A stretch of 64,000 nucleotides of DNA from Pseudonocardiaceae bacterium (GTDB lineage: Bacteria > Actinomycetota > Actinomycetes > Mycobacteriales > Pseudonocardiaceae): positions 1 through 64,000 of the forward strand of contig DATATE010000089.1 of the NCBI GenBank assembly GCA_036268955.1, written 5' to 3'. Positions 38,715-48,282 of this stretch are shown one piece after another. The stretch's first letter is position 1. Every line of letters begins with the position of its first letter. A model generated the notes under the pieces. It ran no database searches. It was not told the DNA's origin and saw only the letters and a list, made by a program, of their open reading frames with translations. The position numbers and the translations under genes were made by a program.

Positions 38715-40268
38715 CTACCCGGCGACGGATTCGGCCAGTGCGACGAGGGTGCGTGCGGCGAATCCGCTGGCCCCGGCGGTCACCTCGGCGTACGCGGCGT
38801 CGGCGCGAGCCGGACCGGCGATGTCGAGGTGCGCCCAGGGCAGGCCCGCGGTGAACTCGCGCAGGAACAGCGCGGCGTGGATCGAGCTGGGATGCGGCCC
38901 CCGGCCCATCTGCCGGGCGTCGGCGATGTCGCTGGTGATGTCCTCGACGGCGCTGTCCAACAGCGGCATCCGCCACCAGGCCTCGCCGACCGCGGCACCG
39001 GCCGCGCTGACCTGCGCGGCGAGTTCGTCGGTGCTGGCGAACAGCCCGCCGGTGCGCACCCCGAGGGTCACCTTCATCGCGCCGGTCAGGGTGGCCACGT
39101 CGACCAGCACGTCGGCCTTGAGCGCTCGGACCGCGTAGGCAAGACCGTCGGCGAGCACCATCCGCCCCTCGGCGTCGGTGTTGAGCACCTCGGTGGTCCG
39201 GCCGCCGTAGTGCCGCACCACGTCGCCGGGCCGGTAGGACGAACCGGACACGTGGTTCTCCGCGGCCGGAACGAGGCCGGTGACCCGGATCGGCAGCTGT
39301 AGTTCTGCGATGGCGCGCAGGGCCGCGATGACCGCGCCACCGCCGGCCATGTCGGTGCGCATCAGCTGCATACCGGGACCGCGCTTGAGGGAAAGGCCGC
39401 CGGTGTCGAAGGTGATGCCCTTGCCGACGATCACCAGATGCGGCCCTTTCGCGCCGCGCGGACGCCAGGCCAGCTCGATCAGTCGTGGCGGGCGGGACGA
39501 ACCGCCGCCGACGGCGAGCATGCCGCCGAAGCGCTGCTCGGTCAGCCAGTGTTCGTCCCGGACGGTCACGGCCAGCCCGGTCACCGCGCCGCCGACCTTG
39601 CTCGCGATGTCGGCCAGCCAGGCCGGGTCCTTCAGATCGGAGGGAGCGTTGGCAAGGTCGCGGGTGAGCGCGGTGGCCGAGGCGAGCACCGTCGCGCGCT
39701 GGAGGGCGGCCCGCAACGGTTCGCTCGGCTCGGCGATGTGCAGCCGGACGGTACGCACCTTGGGCTTGGCGGCCTGCTCGGTGACCCGGAACCGGTAGCC
39801 GCCCAGCAACAGGCCGAGTACGAGCGCCTCCAGTTCCTCGGCGGTGATCTCGGTCGGCAGCGAGAACTCGACGACCCGCTGCGCGGCGCTCGCCTCGGCG
39901 CTCAGCGCCTCGTCGGCGGCCCTGGCCAGCACCGCGCCTGCGGTCCGCCAGTCGACAGGGCGCCGCGCGCCGACCCCGACCAGCCAGGACCGGGCCGCGC
40001 TGCGCGAGACCGCGCCGGCCGGTACCGGATGCAGCTCGCCGGCCTTACCGGTCAGCTCAGCGGGCGGCTGCCAGTCACCGAGCAGGGCCTCGGCGCCCGG
40101 ACCTAACCAGACCTCGTCGGCCGATTCGCGCTCCCCGGCGTCCTCGGTGGCCTCGGCCGGTGCGATCACCGCGGCGCGCAGCGTGCCGCGCCTGGCGAGA
40201 TCACTCAACTCGACGCGGGCCAGTGGGGTGGGCACCACCGGAGCGATCGACGTACGCGCTGGCAACAC
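38715..40268 (-). CDS. pepA: Leucyl aminopeptidase (M17)
   Basis: M17 catalytic-domain signatures VGKGITFDTGG, NTDAEGRMVLAD and the N-terminal domain. Length 517 aa. Confidence 0.85.
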   Translation of the reverse strand: MLPARTSIAPVVPTPLARVELSDLARRGTLRAAVIAPAEATEDAGERESADEVWLGPGAEALLGDWQPPAELTGKAGELHPVPAGAVSRSAARSWLVGVGARRPVDWRTAGAVLARAADEALSAEASAAQRVVEFSLPTEITAEELEALVLGLLLGGYRFRVTEQAAKPKVRTVRLHIAEPSEPLRAALQRATVLASATALTRDLANAPSDLKDPAWLADIASKVGGAVTGLAVTVRDEHWLTEQRFGGMLAVGGGSSRPPRLIELAWRPRGAKGPHLVIVGKGITFDTGGLSLKRGPGMQLMRTDMAGGGAVIAALRAIAELQLPIRVTGLVPAAENHVSGSSYRPGDVVRHYGGRTTEVLNTDAEGRMVLADGLAYAVRALKADVLVDVATLTGAMKVTLGVRTGGLFASTDELAAQVSAAGAAVGEAWWRMPLLDSAVEDITSDIADARQMGRGPHPSSIHAALFLREFTAGLPWAHLDIAGPARADAAYAEVTAGASGFAARTLVALAESVAG

Positions 40269-40520
40269 TGCCTCCTAGCGCCCCTGATCAGCGGGGCGGC
40301 AAGCAAACGGATGAGGAAGATCGGGCCGGAGAGATCGCGCTCAGGGGATCCTGCTCGGACCCGCGAGGGAGTTCGTCAGCCGGGTTCATCGGTCGGTTCA
40401 TCGGTCGGGAAAGCGCCGGATGAGTTCCGGGAAAGTTACAGCCCCGGTTTCACACGGCGGAAAACCGGGAAACCGGGGCACGGACGAGGGGGCAACGGCA
40501 CCCGCGGCCGGTTGAACGCA

Positions 40521-40688
40521 TCAGCCAGCGGCACCCTTCAACGCATCACCCAAGGCGCTGGCTTCATCGGCGGACATCTCAACGACGAGCCGACCCCCAC
40601 CCTCGAGTGGGACGCGCATCACAATGCCGCGTCCCTCTTTGGTGACCTCGAGGGGACCGTCGCCGGTCCGGGGCTTCATGGCCGCCAT
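40521..40688 (-). CDS. DUF3117 small protein (Rv1211-like)
   Basis: 55 aa: MAAMKPRTGDGPLEVTKEGRGIVMRVPLEGGGRLVVEMSADEASALGDALKGAAG. A GGAGGGA Shine-Dalgarno lies 6-12 nt upstream of the ATG. The rest of the 166-aa ORF is upstream junk. Confidence 0.75.
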   Translation of the reverse strand: MAAMKPRTGDGPLEVTKEGRGIVMRVPLEGGGRLVVEMSADEASALGDALKGAAG

Positions 40689-41044
40689 AGCGTGCTCCCT
40701 CCGTATGATCTTCCCCGTCGACACACCCACCGAGCCGCCGGTTGCGCGGCTATTCTCCCCCATCGACACCTCGGACGGAAAACGAGCCGATCTTTTCGTG
40801 TCGCGTGACGTGCGGCGACGTTCGGTCACCGACGGAATTCCGGTGTCCGGTAGGGACTTCGCGGGGGTGCCACGGGTGCGGCCGGCATCCATTTCGGACG
40901 ACGGTCCACCGACACCATGATCGCGTGCTTGATCACTCCCGGCAGCAGCCTGGTCAGGATGGTTACCGAGCCGTTGGATTTCCGTGGTCGAATGGGTCGG
41001 CCGGCCGCCGAGACCGGCCACCGTCGATCCGGAGGTAGGAAGAA

Positions 41045-41839
41045 GTGTCCACCGAGCCCGTTCTGCTGGTAGCCGACGTCGACGGCGTGCGCACGCTGAC
41101 CCTCAACCGGCCGGCCGCGTTCAACTCGCTGACGACCGAACTCAAGAACGGCCTGGTCGCGGCGTTGCAGTCGGCCGCTGCCGACGATTCGGTGCGGGCG
41201 CTCGTGCTGACCGGCGCCGGCAAGGCGTTCTGCGCGGGCCAGGACCTCAAGGAGCACATCGGCGCGCTGCAGGCCGGACAGGACCGGCTGTGGGACACGG
41301 TCGAGAAGCACTACAACCCGATCGTGCGAGCGCTGACCGAGATGCCGAAGCCGGTCATCGCCGCGGTCAACGGCACGGCGGCCGGCGCGGGCGCCTCCTT
41401 CGCCTACGCCTGTGACCTGCGGATCGCCGGTTCGTCGGCGAAGTTCCTGATGGCCTTCGCGAACGTCGGGCTCACCGCGGACTCCGGCGCCTCCTGGACG
41501 CTGCCCCGGTTGATCGGCCACGGCCGCGCCATGGAGATGATGTTGCTGGCCAAGCCGGTCACCGCCCAGCGGGCACTGGAGATCGGCATGGTCACCGAGG
41601 TCGTCGCGGACGAGGAGGTCCTGGCCACCGCGCAGGAACTGGCCGCGCGGATGGCCGCAGGCCCCACCACCGCCTACGCGACGATCAAGGACGCGCTGCT
41701 CACCGCGGCCAGCGCGGACCTGCCGGCGGCGCTGGCCAACGAGGGCAAGGGCCAGCAGCGTGCCGGCGGCACCGCCGACCACCTGGAGGCGGTCGAGGCC
41801 TTCGTCGCCAAGCGCCCGCCGGCCTTCACCGGCCGCTGA
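41045..41839 (+). CDS. Enoyl-CoA hydratase/isomerase (crotonase family)
   Basis: VLTGAGKAFCAGQDLKE ... the crotonase fold. GTG start with a GGAGGTAGG RBS. Confidence 0.8.
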   Translation: MSTEPVLLVADVDGVRTLTLNRPAAFNSLTTELKNGLVAALQSAAADDSVRALVLTGAGKAFCAGQDLKEHIGALQAGQDRLWDTVEKHYNPIVRALTEMPKPVIAAVNGTAAGAGASFAYACDLRIAGSSAKFLMAFANVGLTADSGASWTLPRLIGHGRAMEMMLLAKPVTAQRALEIGMVTEVVADEEVLATAQELAARMAAGPTTAYATIKDALLTAASADLPAALANEGKGQQRAGGTADHLEAVEAFVAKRPPAFTGR

Positions 41840-41878
41840 ACCACTGCCGCACCGACCTGGTGGTCCGACTCGACCCGG

Positions 41879-42454
41879 CTATCGGCCGGATCGCCAGCAG
41901 TCGACGAGATGGTCGTCGACCATGCCGGTGGCCTGCATCATCGCGTAGCAGGTCGTCGGCCCGACAAAGGCAAAACCGCGCCGCTTGAGGTCCTTGGACA
42001 TCGCGGTCGACTCGGGGGTGACCGGCGGGACCTCGCCGTTGTTCTTCGGCGGCACGTGGTCGGCCGGCGCGAAGGACCACAGCAGCTCGTCGAGACCACC
42101 GGCGAGGGCCTCGACCGCCTGCGCGTTCTTGATCGCGGCCAGGATCTTCGCCCGGTTGCGCACGATGCCGGCATCGGCCATCAGCCGCTGCACATCGACA
42201 TCGGTGAACCGGGCGACCTCGGCCGGGTCGAACTCGGCGAAGCCGGCCCGGAACGCGGGCCGCTTGCGCAGGATGGTCAGCCAGGACAGCCCGGACTGGA
42301 ACCCCTCAAGGCTCAGCCGCTCGAACAACGCCTGCTCGCCGTGCAGGGCGACGCCCCACTCCTCGTCGTGGTAGGCGAGGTAGTCCGGGGTGGACCCGGC
42401 CCAGCCGCAGCGGCCCTTGCCGTCCGCGCCGACGATCGCGTCACTCACTGGCAC
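41879..42454 (-). CDS. tag: DNA-3-methyladenine glycosylase I
   Basis: Tag signatures: RCGWAGSTPDYLAYHDEEWGV, FERLSLEGFQSGLSWLTIL, and a C-terminal zinc-ligand region. Confidence 0.85.
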   Translation of the reverse strand: MPVSDAIVGADGKGRCGWAGSTPDYLAYHDEEWGVALHGEQALFERLSLEGFQSGLSWLTILRKRPAFRAGFAEFDPAEVARFTDVDVQRLMADAGIVRNRAKILAAIKNAQAVEALAGGLDELLWSFAPADHVPPKNNGEVPPVTPESTAMSKDLKRRGFAFVGPTTCYAMMQATGMVDDHLVDCWRSGR

Positions 42455-42851
42455 TCATCCGCTCCGCCGAGTCGCTTTCATCCAGTTCATCCGCATTGTT
42501 CGACCGTGCCGTGTCGCGCGGTTCCAGTTCGGCAAGGCGAGCGCGCAGTTCGTCCACTTCGGTGCTCAGCCGCGACATCACCCAGTCCACTTCGGACATC
42601 TTGTAGCCGCGCAGCACCGGCTGGAAGCGCACGGCACGGACGTCGTCGCCGGTCACCTCGCCCGCCGGCAACCTGGTCGGCGAGGCGCCGGGCGGCAGTG
42701 GTGCCAGTTCCTCGCCCCGGCCGAACACGGCGGAGGCGAGCAGGTAGATCACGGCGGCAACGAGAATCATGACGACGAGATAGATCAGCGCGGTGCCCAC
42801 GCGTGCGATGGTGGCACGTCGGATGTCAAGTGGCACGTAAGGGGGCCGCAT
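42441..42851 (-). CDS. DivIVA-domain membrane protein
   Basis: N-terminal TM, then VRFQPVLRGYKMSEVDWVMSRL (the DivIVA N-domain motif) and a coiled coil. Confidence 0.55.
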   Translation of the reverse strand: MRPPYVPLDIRRATIARVGTALIYLVVMILVAAVIYLLASAVFGRGEELAPLPPGASPTRLPAGEVTGDDVRAVRFQPVLRGYKMSEVDWVMSRLSTEVDELRARLAELEPRDTARSNNADELDESDSAERMSASE

Positions 42852-42904
42852 TCGCCCGCACTATGGGCCGCGGCTTCAGGGCCTCAGGTCGTCGGCGAGG
42901 AGGG

Positions 42905-43870
42905 TCAGAACCGCCTACGGGCGGCGAGCACCTCGCGCATCGGTGGCCGGTCGCTGATCAGCACGTCCGTCGCGTCCGGCAGCCACTCCCCGTCGACCTG
43001 CACGAACTGGACGAACGCCGCGGCCGGATCACCGACCTCGCCGACCTCACCGACCTCATCGGCCGGGAGGCCACAGCGGGCCAGCGCGGTGCCCAGGATC
43101 TGCCGGCTCATCACGCCCAACTGCAGCAGTGACCGGTTGCGGTGCTTGCGCACCCCGAGGTTGACCTGCGCCAAACCGGCAAGGCCGTAGCGGTCGTGCG
43201 CGTCGAGCAGCAGCCCGATCTCGACCCCGTAGCCTGCGGCGAAGGGCACCGACTCGGCAAAACAACGGCTCACCGCGTACTCCCCGCCCAGCGGCTGGAT
43301 GATCCCGGCCAACTCGGGTCGAAGCGCCGCCAACAACGGTCTGGCCAACAGTTCGGTGACCCGGCCACCGCCGGTACCGACCTCGGCGCTCTCCAACCGC
43401 AGCGGCCGCCGATAGAAGCCCTTCACCAGATGCACCTGCGGATCACACAGCGCCGGCCCGAGCAGCGCGGTGACGAAACCGGGGTCGGGGTCGATCAGGT
43501 CGGAGTCGAGGAAGACCAGCACCTCACCGCTGGTCGCGGCGAGCGAGCGCCACAGCACCTCACCCTTGCCGGGCAACGGCTCCCAGTCCGCCAGCACCTC
43601 AGACCTGCGCACCACCCGCGCCCCGGCCGCCCGCGCCACCGCCACCGTGTCGTCGGTCGAGCCGGAGTCCAGCACCAGGCATTCGTCCACAAGGGACCCC
43701 AGTAGCGGCAGCACCGACCCGACCACGCCGGCCACCGTCGCCTGCTCGTTCAGCGCCGGCAGCACAACGCTGACCGTGCGGGAACCCTTGGCTTCCACCA
43801 GTTCTTCGACGCTCCACTGTGGAGTCTGCCAGGTTCGCCGGGCGAACCAGTCGCTGCTCGCCGGCCGCAT
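42905..43870 (-). CDS. gpgS: Glucosyl-3-phosphoglycerate synthase (GT81/GT2-like)
   Basis: VSVVLPALNEQATV ... VLDSGSTDDT ... VFLDSDL matches the GpgS family retaining GT. Synteny with tag and DUF3117 matches mycobacteria. Confidence 0.75.
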   Translation of the reverse strand: MRPASSDWFARRTWQTPQWSVEELVEAKGSRTVSVVLPALNEQATVAGVVGSVLPLLGSLVDECLVLDSGSTDDTVAVARAAGARVVRRSEVLADWEPLPGKGEVLWRSLAATSGEVLVFLDSDLIDPDPGFVTALLGPALCDPQVHLVKGFYRRPLRLESAEVGTGGGRVTELLARPLLAALRPELAGIIQPLGGEYAVSRCFAESVPFAAGYGVEIGLLLDAHDRYGLAGLAQVNLGVRKHRNRSLLQLGVMSRQILGTALARCGLPADEVGEVGEVGDPAAAFVQFVQVDGEWLPDATDVLISDRPPMREVLAARRRF

Positions 43871-44037
43871 CAGACCAGCTCCCGCAGGACCCGAGCGGCC
43901 GGGCGGTCACCGGCGACGTCCGGGGTGTCCGCACCGTCGACGACCAGCACGTCTACCCGCGCCACCAGGGCCCGGTCGGTGGCCACCGACCGGGCGCCGA
44001 AGCCCAGCGCATCCGTCACGATCACCGATCGTGCCAT
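43870..44037 (-). CDS. Possible 55-aa protein translationally coupled to gpgS (weak)
   Basis: MARSVIVTDALGFGARSVATDRALVARVDVLVVDGADTPDVAGDRPAARVLRELV. Its stop overlaps the gpgS start. No domain recognised. Confidence 0.2.
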   Translation of the reverse strand: MARSVIVTDALGFGARSVATDRALVARVDVLVVDGADTPDVAGDRPAARVLRELV

Positions 44038-44174
44038 GACTGGCAGGCGGCAGGTGATACCGGAGGCACTACGCCGAACGAGTGTTAGCAAGCCAACGCT
44101 GAATCGAGGCAGTTCGCTTTCGTACTCGGGAGTCGATCCGGGTACCCTCGGAAGGACCCTGAGGAGGACGCGCA

Positions 44175-44846
44175 GTGCTGTATGCGGTGATGCGGTCGAT
44201 GATTGCTCCGGTGGCCAGAGCCCTCTACCGACCGACCATCGAGGGCCTGGAGAACGTGCCTCGCACCGGGGCGGTGATCTTGGCAAGCAACCACCTTTCG
44301 GTGGTCGACAGCGTGCTGATCCCGCTGCTCGCCGGCCGTCCAGTGAGCTTTCTCACCAAGGCCGAGTACTTCGAGGGCCGCAAACTGCACCAGCGCCTCA
44401 CCGGCGCGTTCCTCGGCGCCCTCGGCCACGTGCCGGTCAAGCGCGGCGCCGGCCGGGCCTCACTGGCCGCATTGGACGTGGCCACCGAGGTACTCACCGC
44501 GGGTAACGCGTTCGGGATCTATCCGGAGGGCACCCGTTCGCTGGACGGCAAGCTGCACCGCGGCCACACCGGCGTCGCGCAGCTGACCCTGACCACCGGC
44601 GCGCCCGTTGTGCCGATGGCGTTGATCGGCACCGACAAGATCCAGCCGGTCGGCGCGAAGCTGCCGAGTCTGCGCGGGCGGATCACGGTCCGCTTCGGTG
44701 AGCCGCTGACCTTCGGCCGCTACGACGGCCTCGCCGACTCGCCGCCGATCCGTCGCTCGGTCACCGACGAGATCATGTACGCGATCCTGGAACTGTCCGA
44801 CCAGGAATACGTCGACAACTACCACCAGCGCCCGAACGCCGCCTGA
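44175..44846 (+). CDS. 1-acyl-sn-glycerol-3-phosphate acyltransferase (PlsC family)
   Basis: The HX4D motif NHLSVVDS and the EGTRS motif. A GAGGAGGA Shine-Dalgarno lies upstream of the GTG. Confidence 0.8.
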   Translation: MLYAVMRSMIAPVARALYRPTIEGLENVPRTGAVILASNHLSVVDSVLIPLLAGRPVSFLTKAEYFEGRKLHQRLTGAFLGALGHVPVKRGAGRASLAALDVATEVLTAGNAFGIYPEGTRSLDGKLHRGHTGVAQLTLTTGAPVVPMALIGTDKIQPVGAKLPSLRGRITVRFGEPLTFGRYDGLADSPPIRRSVTDEIMYAILELSDQEYVDNYHQRPNAA

Positions 44847-44906
44847 GTTCGGGGTTTCAGCGGCTGGGTTCAGCGGTTTCGGCAGGCCGGGTTCAGCAGC
44901 CAGGTT

Positions 44907-45935
44907 TCAGCTCAGCAGGCCGCGCTCGGCAAGGCGACTCAGCACCTGACGGCCGGCCGGCGCGCACCGCAACGCGTCGTCAAGGCCGACCCAGTCGAGT
45001 TCGGCGATCTCCCGACCAGGCGTCAGCTCGCCCTCGTACTCCGCGAAATAACAGGCCATCCGGACCAATCGCCCGTTCGCGAAGCCGTCGGCCTCGTCGG
45101 TGACCAGGTCGAACAACCGGATGCTGCGCTGGTCGATGCGCACCCCGAGTTCCTCGCCGATCTCCCTGGCCAGCCCGACCGGATCACTCTCTCCCGGTTC
45201 ACGCTTGCCGCCGGGCAGGTAGAAGAACTTCTTGCCGGTGGTCCGAACGTTGAGCAGCTTGCCGTCCCGAACGAGAATCCAGGCCAGCACGTCGACCGGT
45301 TCCGCGGCCGATTGTCCATTTCCATGACCGACAACCGCTTCGCTCAGATCGTTGCCTTTGCCATTCCCATTGCCATCGACCCATTTGTCATTCGGTGGCC
45401 GGTAGTCGGCGAATCCGTCCAGCAGCACACCCGCGTTCGGGTCGACCATGATCATGTCGCGGTAGGTCGTGCGCAGGAACCCGGCCGTCACCATGTGTTC
45501 GACGAACCGCAGCAGCGGCTGGTAGTAGCCCTCGACGTCGACGAGGCCGATCGGCTTGCCGTGCAGGCCGAGCTGCGCCCAGGTCCACACCTCGAACAGC
45601 TCCTCCAGTGTGCCGGCGCCACCAGGCAGGGCGAGAAAGCCGTCGGCGAGTTCGCTCATTCGCGCCTTGCGCTCGTGCATGTCGGCGACGACGTGCAGTT
45701 CGGTGAGGCCGACATGGGCGATTTCCCGGTCGGCGAGCTGGCTGGGAATCACACCGATGGCCTCGCCACCCGCAGCGAGCACCGCATCGGCGAGCAGGCC
45801 CATGGTGCCCACACTGGCGCCGCCGTAGACGAGCCCGATCCCACGCCGGGCCAGCATCGTGCCGAGGGCGGTGGCGGCCTCGGCGTACACCGTGCCGTTT
45901 CCGGTTGACGAGCCACAGAACACACAGATCCGCAC
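44907..45935 (-). CDS. LOG-family (cytokinin riboside 5'-monophosphate phosphoribohydrolase-like) N-domain fused to a C-terminal NUDIX domain
   Basis: LOG motifs VFCGSS, GLVYGGASVGTMG and LALPGGAGTLEELFE in the first about 190 aa. A Nudix box GGKREPGESDPVGLAREIGEELGV is in the C-terminal about 130 aa. It is one continuous ORF. Confidence 0.75.
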   Translation of the reverse strand: MRICVFCGSSTGNGTVYAEAATALGTMLARRGIGLVYGGASVGTMGLLADAVLAAGGEAIGVIPSQLADREIAHVGLTELHVVADMHERKARMSELADGFLALPGGAGTLEELFEVWTWAQLGLHGKPIGLVDVEGYYQPLLRFVEHMVTAGFLRTTYRDMIMVDPNAGVLLDGFADYRPPNDKWVDGNGNGKGNDLSEAVVGHGNGQSAAEPVDVLAWILVRDGKLLNVRTTGKKFFYLPGGKREPGESDPVGLAREIGEELGVRIDQRSIRLFDLVTDEADGFANGRLVRMACYFAEYEGELTPGREIAELDWVGLDDALRCAPAGRQVLSRLAERGLLS

Positions 45936-45940
45936 GGCTA

Positions 45941-46060
45941 CAGACCTTATCCGTCCTTGCCGTCCGGGCTTGTCCCGTCCTTGCCGTCGGTCCTCGTCCC
46001 GTCCTCGTCCCGTCCTTGTCCCGTCCTTGTCCCGTCCTTGTCCGTCGGCCGCGCGAGGTC
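45941..46060. repeat. Intergenic tandem repeat of an 11-12-bp unit (gtcccgtcctt/g)
   Basis: About 9 copies of (c)gtcc(c/t)gtcctt(g) between the LOG-NUDIX start and the AT-rich tract. Confidence 0.7.
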
Positions 46061-46129
46061 GATCCGCACGGATGGCCCGGAGGTCGCAGGCGGGTACCTC
46101 ACGCCGATTTCACGTTACCCGCACGGTCC

Positions 46130-46300
46130 GGAGAAACGTTTATTTAACAGTCATATTTTGTTTAAAAAATGTCAACTGTGAATATTCAACAATAGACATG
46201 ATCTGTTAACTGCGCATTTACGTATATTCACGACGCATTCGTTGATGATGTCGATTTTACTGGGTATAAAAAATTTACCCTGTCATCGACGGAAAGCGAC
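46130..46300. promoter_or_regulatory. Strongly AT-rich tract (atypical for this about 70% GC DNA) with inverted repeats, upstream of the phospholipase D gene
   Basis: tttatttaacagtcatattttgtttaaaaaatgtcaactgtgaatattcaacaatagacatgatctgttaactgcgcatttacgtatattcacg. Contains ttaacag/ctgttaa inverted repeats, a tataaaaaa stretch, and gtcaactg. Confidence 0.4.
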
Positions 46301-46307
46301 CACTCGA

Positions 46308-47315
46308 ATGAAAAAGCACCATTTACTTGTCGTGCCCGCCGTACTGAGCATGATCGTCGCAGGCGCCGCCGTCACCACCGCCGACGCCGCTCCCACCGCC
46401 CACCAGGCGCCGGCCGCGACGTACACCCTGATCACCGAGCCGGACCAGACCTACACCCCGGTGTACAACTTCATCGGCACGGCAACCAAGACCCTCGACA
46501 TGACCATGTACGAACTGGTCGACACCACCGCCGAGCAGGATCTCGTCGCCGCCGCCAAGAAAGGCGTGAAGGTCAGGGTCATTCTGGACCAGAACCTGGA
46601 GAAGTCCTCCAACACCACCGCCTACAACTACCTCAACGCGAACGGCGTTTCGACCGTGTGGGCCAAGGCGGGTCGCACCACCCACCAGAAGACGATCACC
46701 GTCGACGGCACCTCATCGATGATCATGACGGGCAACCTGACCTCACGGTACTACTCGACCACCAGGGACTTCGCGGTCATCGACACCAACTCGCTGGACG
46801 TGAACGCGATCGAGAAGGTGTTCAACGCCGACTACGCCGACACCGCGATCACCCCGACCGACGGCGACAACCTGGTCTGGAGCCCCACCGACTCGCAGAC
46901 CCAACTGGTGGCCCTGATCAACTCCGCCACCACCTCGCTGAACGTCGAGAACGAGGAGATGAGCGACACCGCGATCGTCAGCGCGCTGGAGAGCGCCGCG
47001 AAGAAGGGTGTTGACGTCCAGATCACCATGACCAACACCGACAACGACTACGCCTCCGAGTTCGACGCGCTGACCAGCGCGGGCGCGCACGTCGCCACCT
47101 ACACCGGCGAGACCCCGATCTACATCCACGCCAAGGCGATCGTCGCCGACGCCGGCAAGTCCGACGCAACGGTCTACGTCGGCTCGGAGAACTTCTCCAA
47201 CGCCTCACTGACCGAGAACCGCGAACTGGGCATCATCACCACCAACGCCACCCTGCTGTCCTCGGTGAACTCGACTCTCACCTCGGACTTCAACGGCGCC
47301 AGCCCCTGGTCGTAA
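46308..47315 (+). CDS. Secreted phospholipase D-family (two HKD motifs) protein
   Basis: Signal peptide MKKHHLLVVPAVLSMIVAGAAVTTADA. HKD motifs TTHQKTITVDG and IYIHAKAIVADAG. A Thr/Ser/Asn-rich composition unlike neighbouring proteins. Confidence 0.8.
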   Translation: MKKHHLLVVPAVLSMIVAGAAVTTADAAPTAHQAPAATYTLITEPDQTYTPVYNFIGTATKTLDMTMYELVDTTAEQDLVAAAKKGVKVRVILDQNLEKSSNTTAYNYLNANGVSTVWAKAGRTTHQKTITVDGTSSMIMTGNLTSRYYSTTRDFAVIDTNSLDVNAIEKVFNADYADTAITPTDGDNLVWSPTDSQTQLVALINSATTSLNVENEEMSDTAIVSALESAAKKGVDVQITMTNTDNDYASEFDALTSAGAHVATYTGETPIYIHAKAIVADAGKSDATVYVGSENFSNASLTENRELGIITTNATLLSSVNSTLTSDFNGASPWS

Positions 47316-47345
47316 CCAGCCAGGTAGCGGGCGGCGGGTTACCGC

Positions 47346-47382
47346 TCACGTCCGGCACGTGGCTCGGTCCGAGCCACGTGCC
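47346..47382 (+). terminator. Perfect 16-nt inverted repeat hairpin downstream of the PLD gene
   Basis: ccggcacgtggctcgg-t-ccgagccacgtgccgg. No U-tract, which is typical of actinobacterial terminators. Confidence 0.5.
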
Positions 47383-47423
47383 GGGTCATCCACACGAAAC
47401 TCACACACGGTTCGCATGCTGGA

Positions 47424-48282
47424 TTGGCGCGGGTGTGGTCGGATGGCCGGGACGGTGAGGAGCCGGCGACGAGGCTGCCTGCTGATCATGGTGACCGGGC
47501 GGGTCCTGCTCACGCGGAGGGAAGCACGACCCTGCCGACGGCGGCTGTTCCGTCGCCGGGTCGGTTGTTGGTGGTGGATGACGAGCCGTTCTTGCGGGAT
47601 GCGGTGGCGGCGTCGTTGCGGTTTCTTGGTTTTGAGGTGGTGACGGGTGGGACGGGTGCGGAGGCGTTGGGTGTGATTCGGGATCGGCCGGTGGATCTGG
47701 TGGTGTTGGATGTGATGTTGCCGGATATGGATGGGTTCGAGGTGGTGCGGCGGTGGCGGCGGGATGGTTGTCGGGTGCCGGTGATTTTTTTGACGGCGAG
47801 GGATACGGAGGCGGACGAGGGATACGGAGGCGGACAAGGTCACGGGGTTGACTATCGGTGGTGGTGACTATCTGACCAAGCCGTTTGGTTTGGAGGAGTT
47901 GGCGGCGCGTGTTCGGTCGGTGTTGCGTCGGGTGCGGCCGGTGGAGGGTGGGTCGGTGTTGGCGTTTGCTGATCTGGAGTTGGATCAGGACAGCTATGTG
48001 GTGCGGCGTGGTGGGCGGGTGCTGGATTTGTCGCCGACGGAGTTTCGGTTGTTGCGTTTTCTGTTGTTGAATCCGGGTCGGGTGTTGACTCGTGCGCAGT
48101 TGTTGGATCATGTGTGGGATTACGATTTTGGCGGGACGAGCACGGTGGTGTCGACGTATATCGCGTATCTGCGTCGGAAGCTGGTGCGGTTCGGGGTGGA
48201 TCTGATTCATACCCAGCGTGGTGTCGGCTACAGCCTGCGGTTGCCTCGCGACGATGACCGGGAAGCCGCTGATAAGTCGTGA
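47424..48282 (+). pseudogene. OmpR-family response regulator disrupted by a 19-bp perfect tandem duplication
   Basis: gagggatacggaggcggac is present twice in tandem (47798-47816 and 47817-47835). Removing one copy restores ...[26 protein letters not shown]..., a canonical OmpR receiver/linker. With both copies, the frame shifts into a stop (ORFs 47424..47867 and 47848..48282). Confidence 0.75.

Noticed and set aside
40689-41044. Possible gene in the 356-bp gap between the DUF3117 and crotonase genes (ORF 40742..41038)
   Set aside because: The translation is Arg/Pro/Ser/His-rich with no hydrophobic core or motif. It more likely holds divergent promoter and 5'-UTR sequence.
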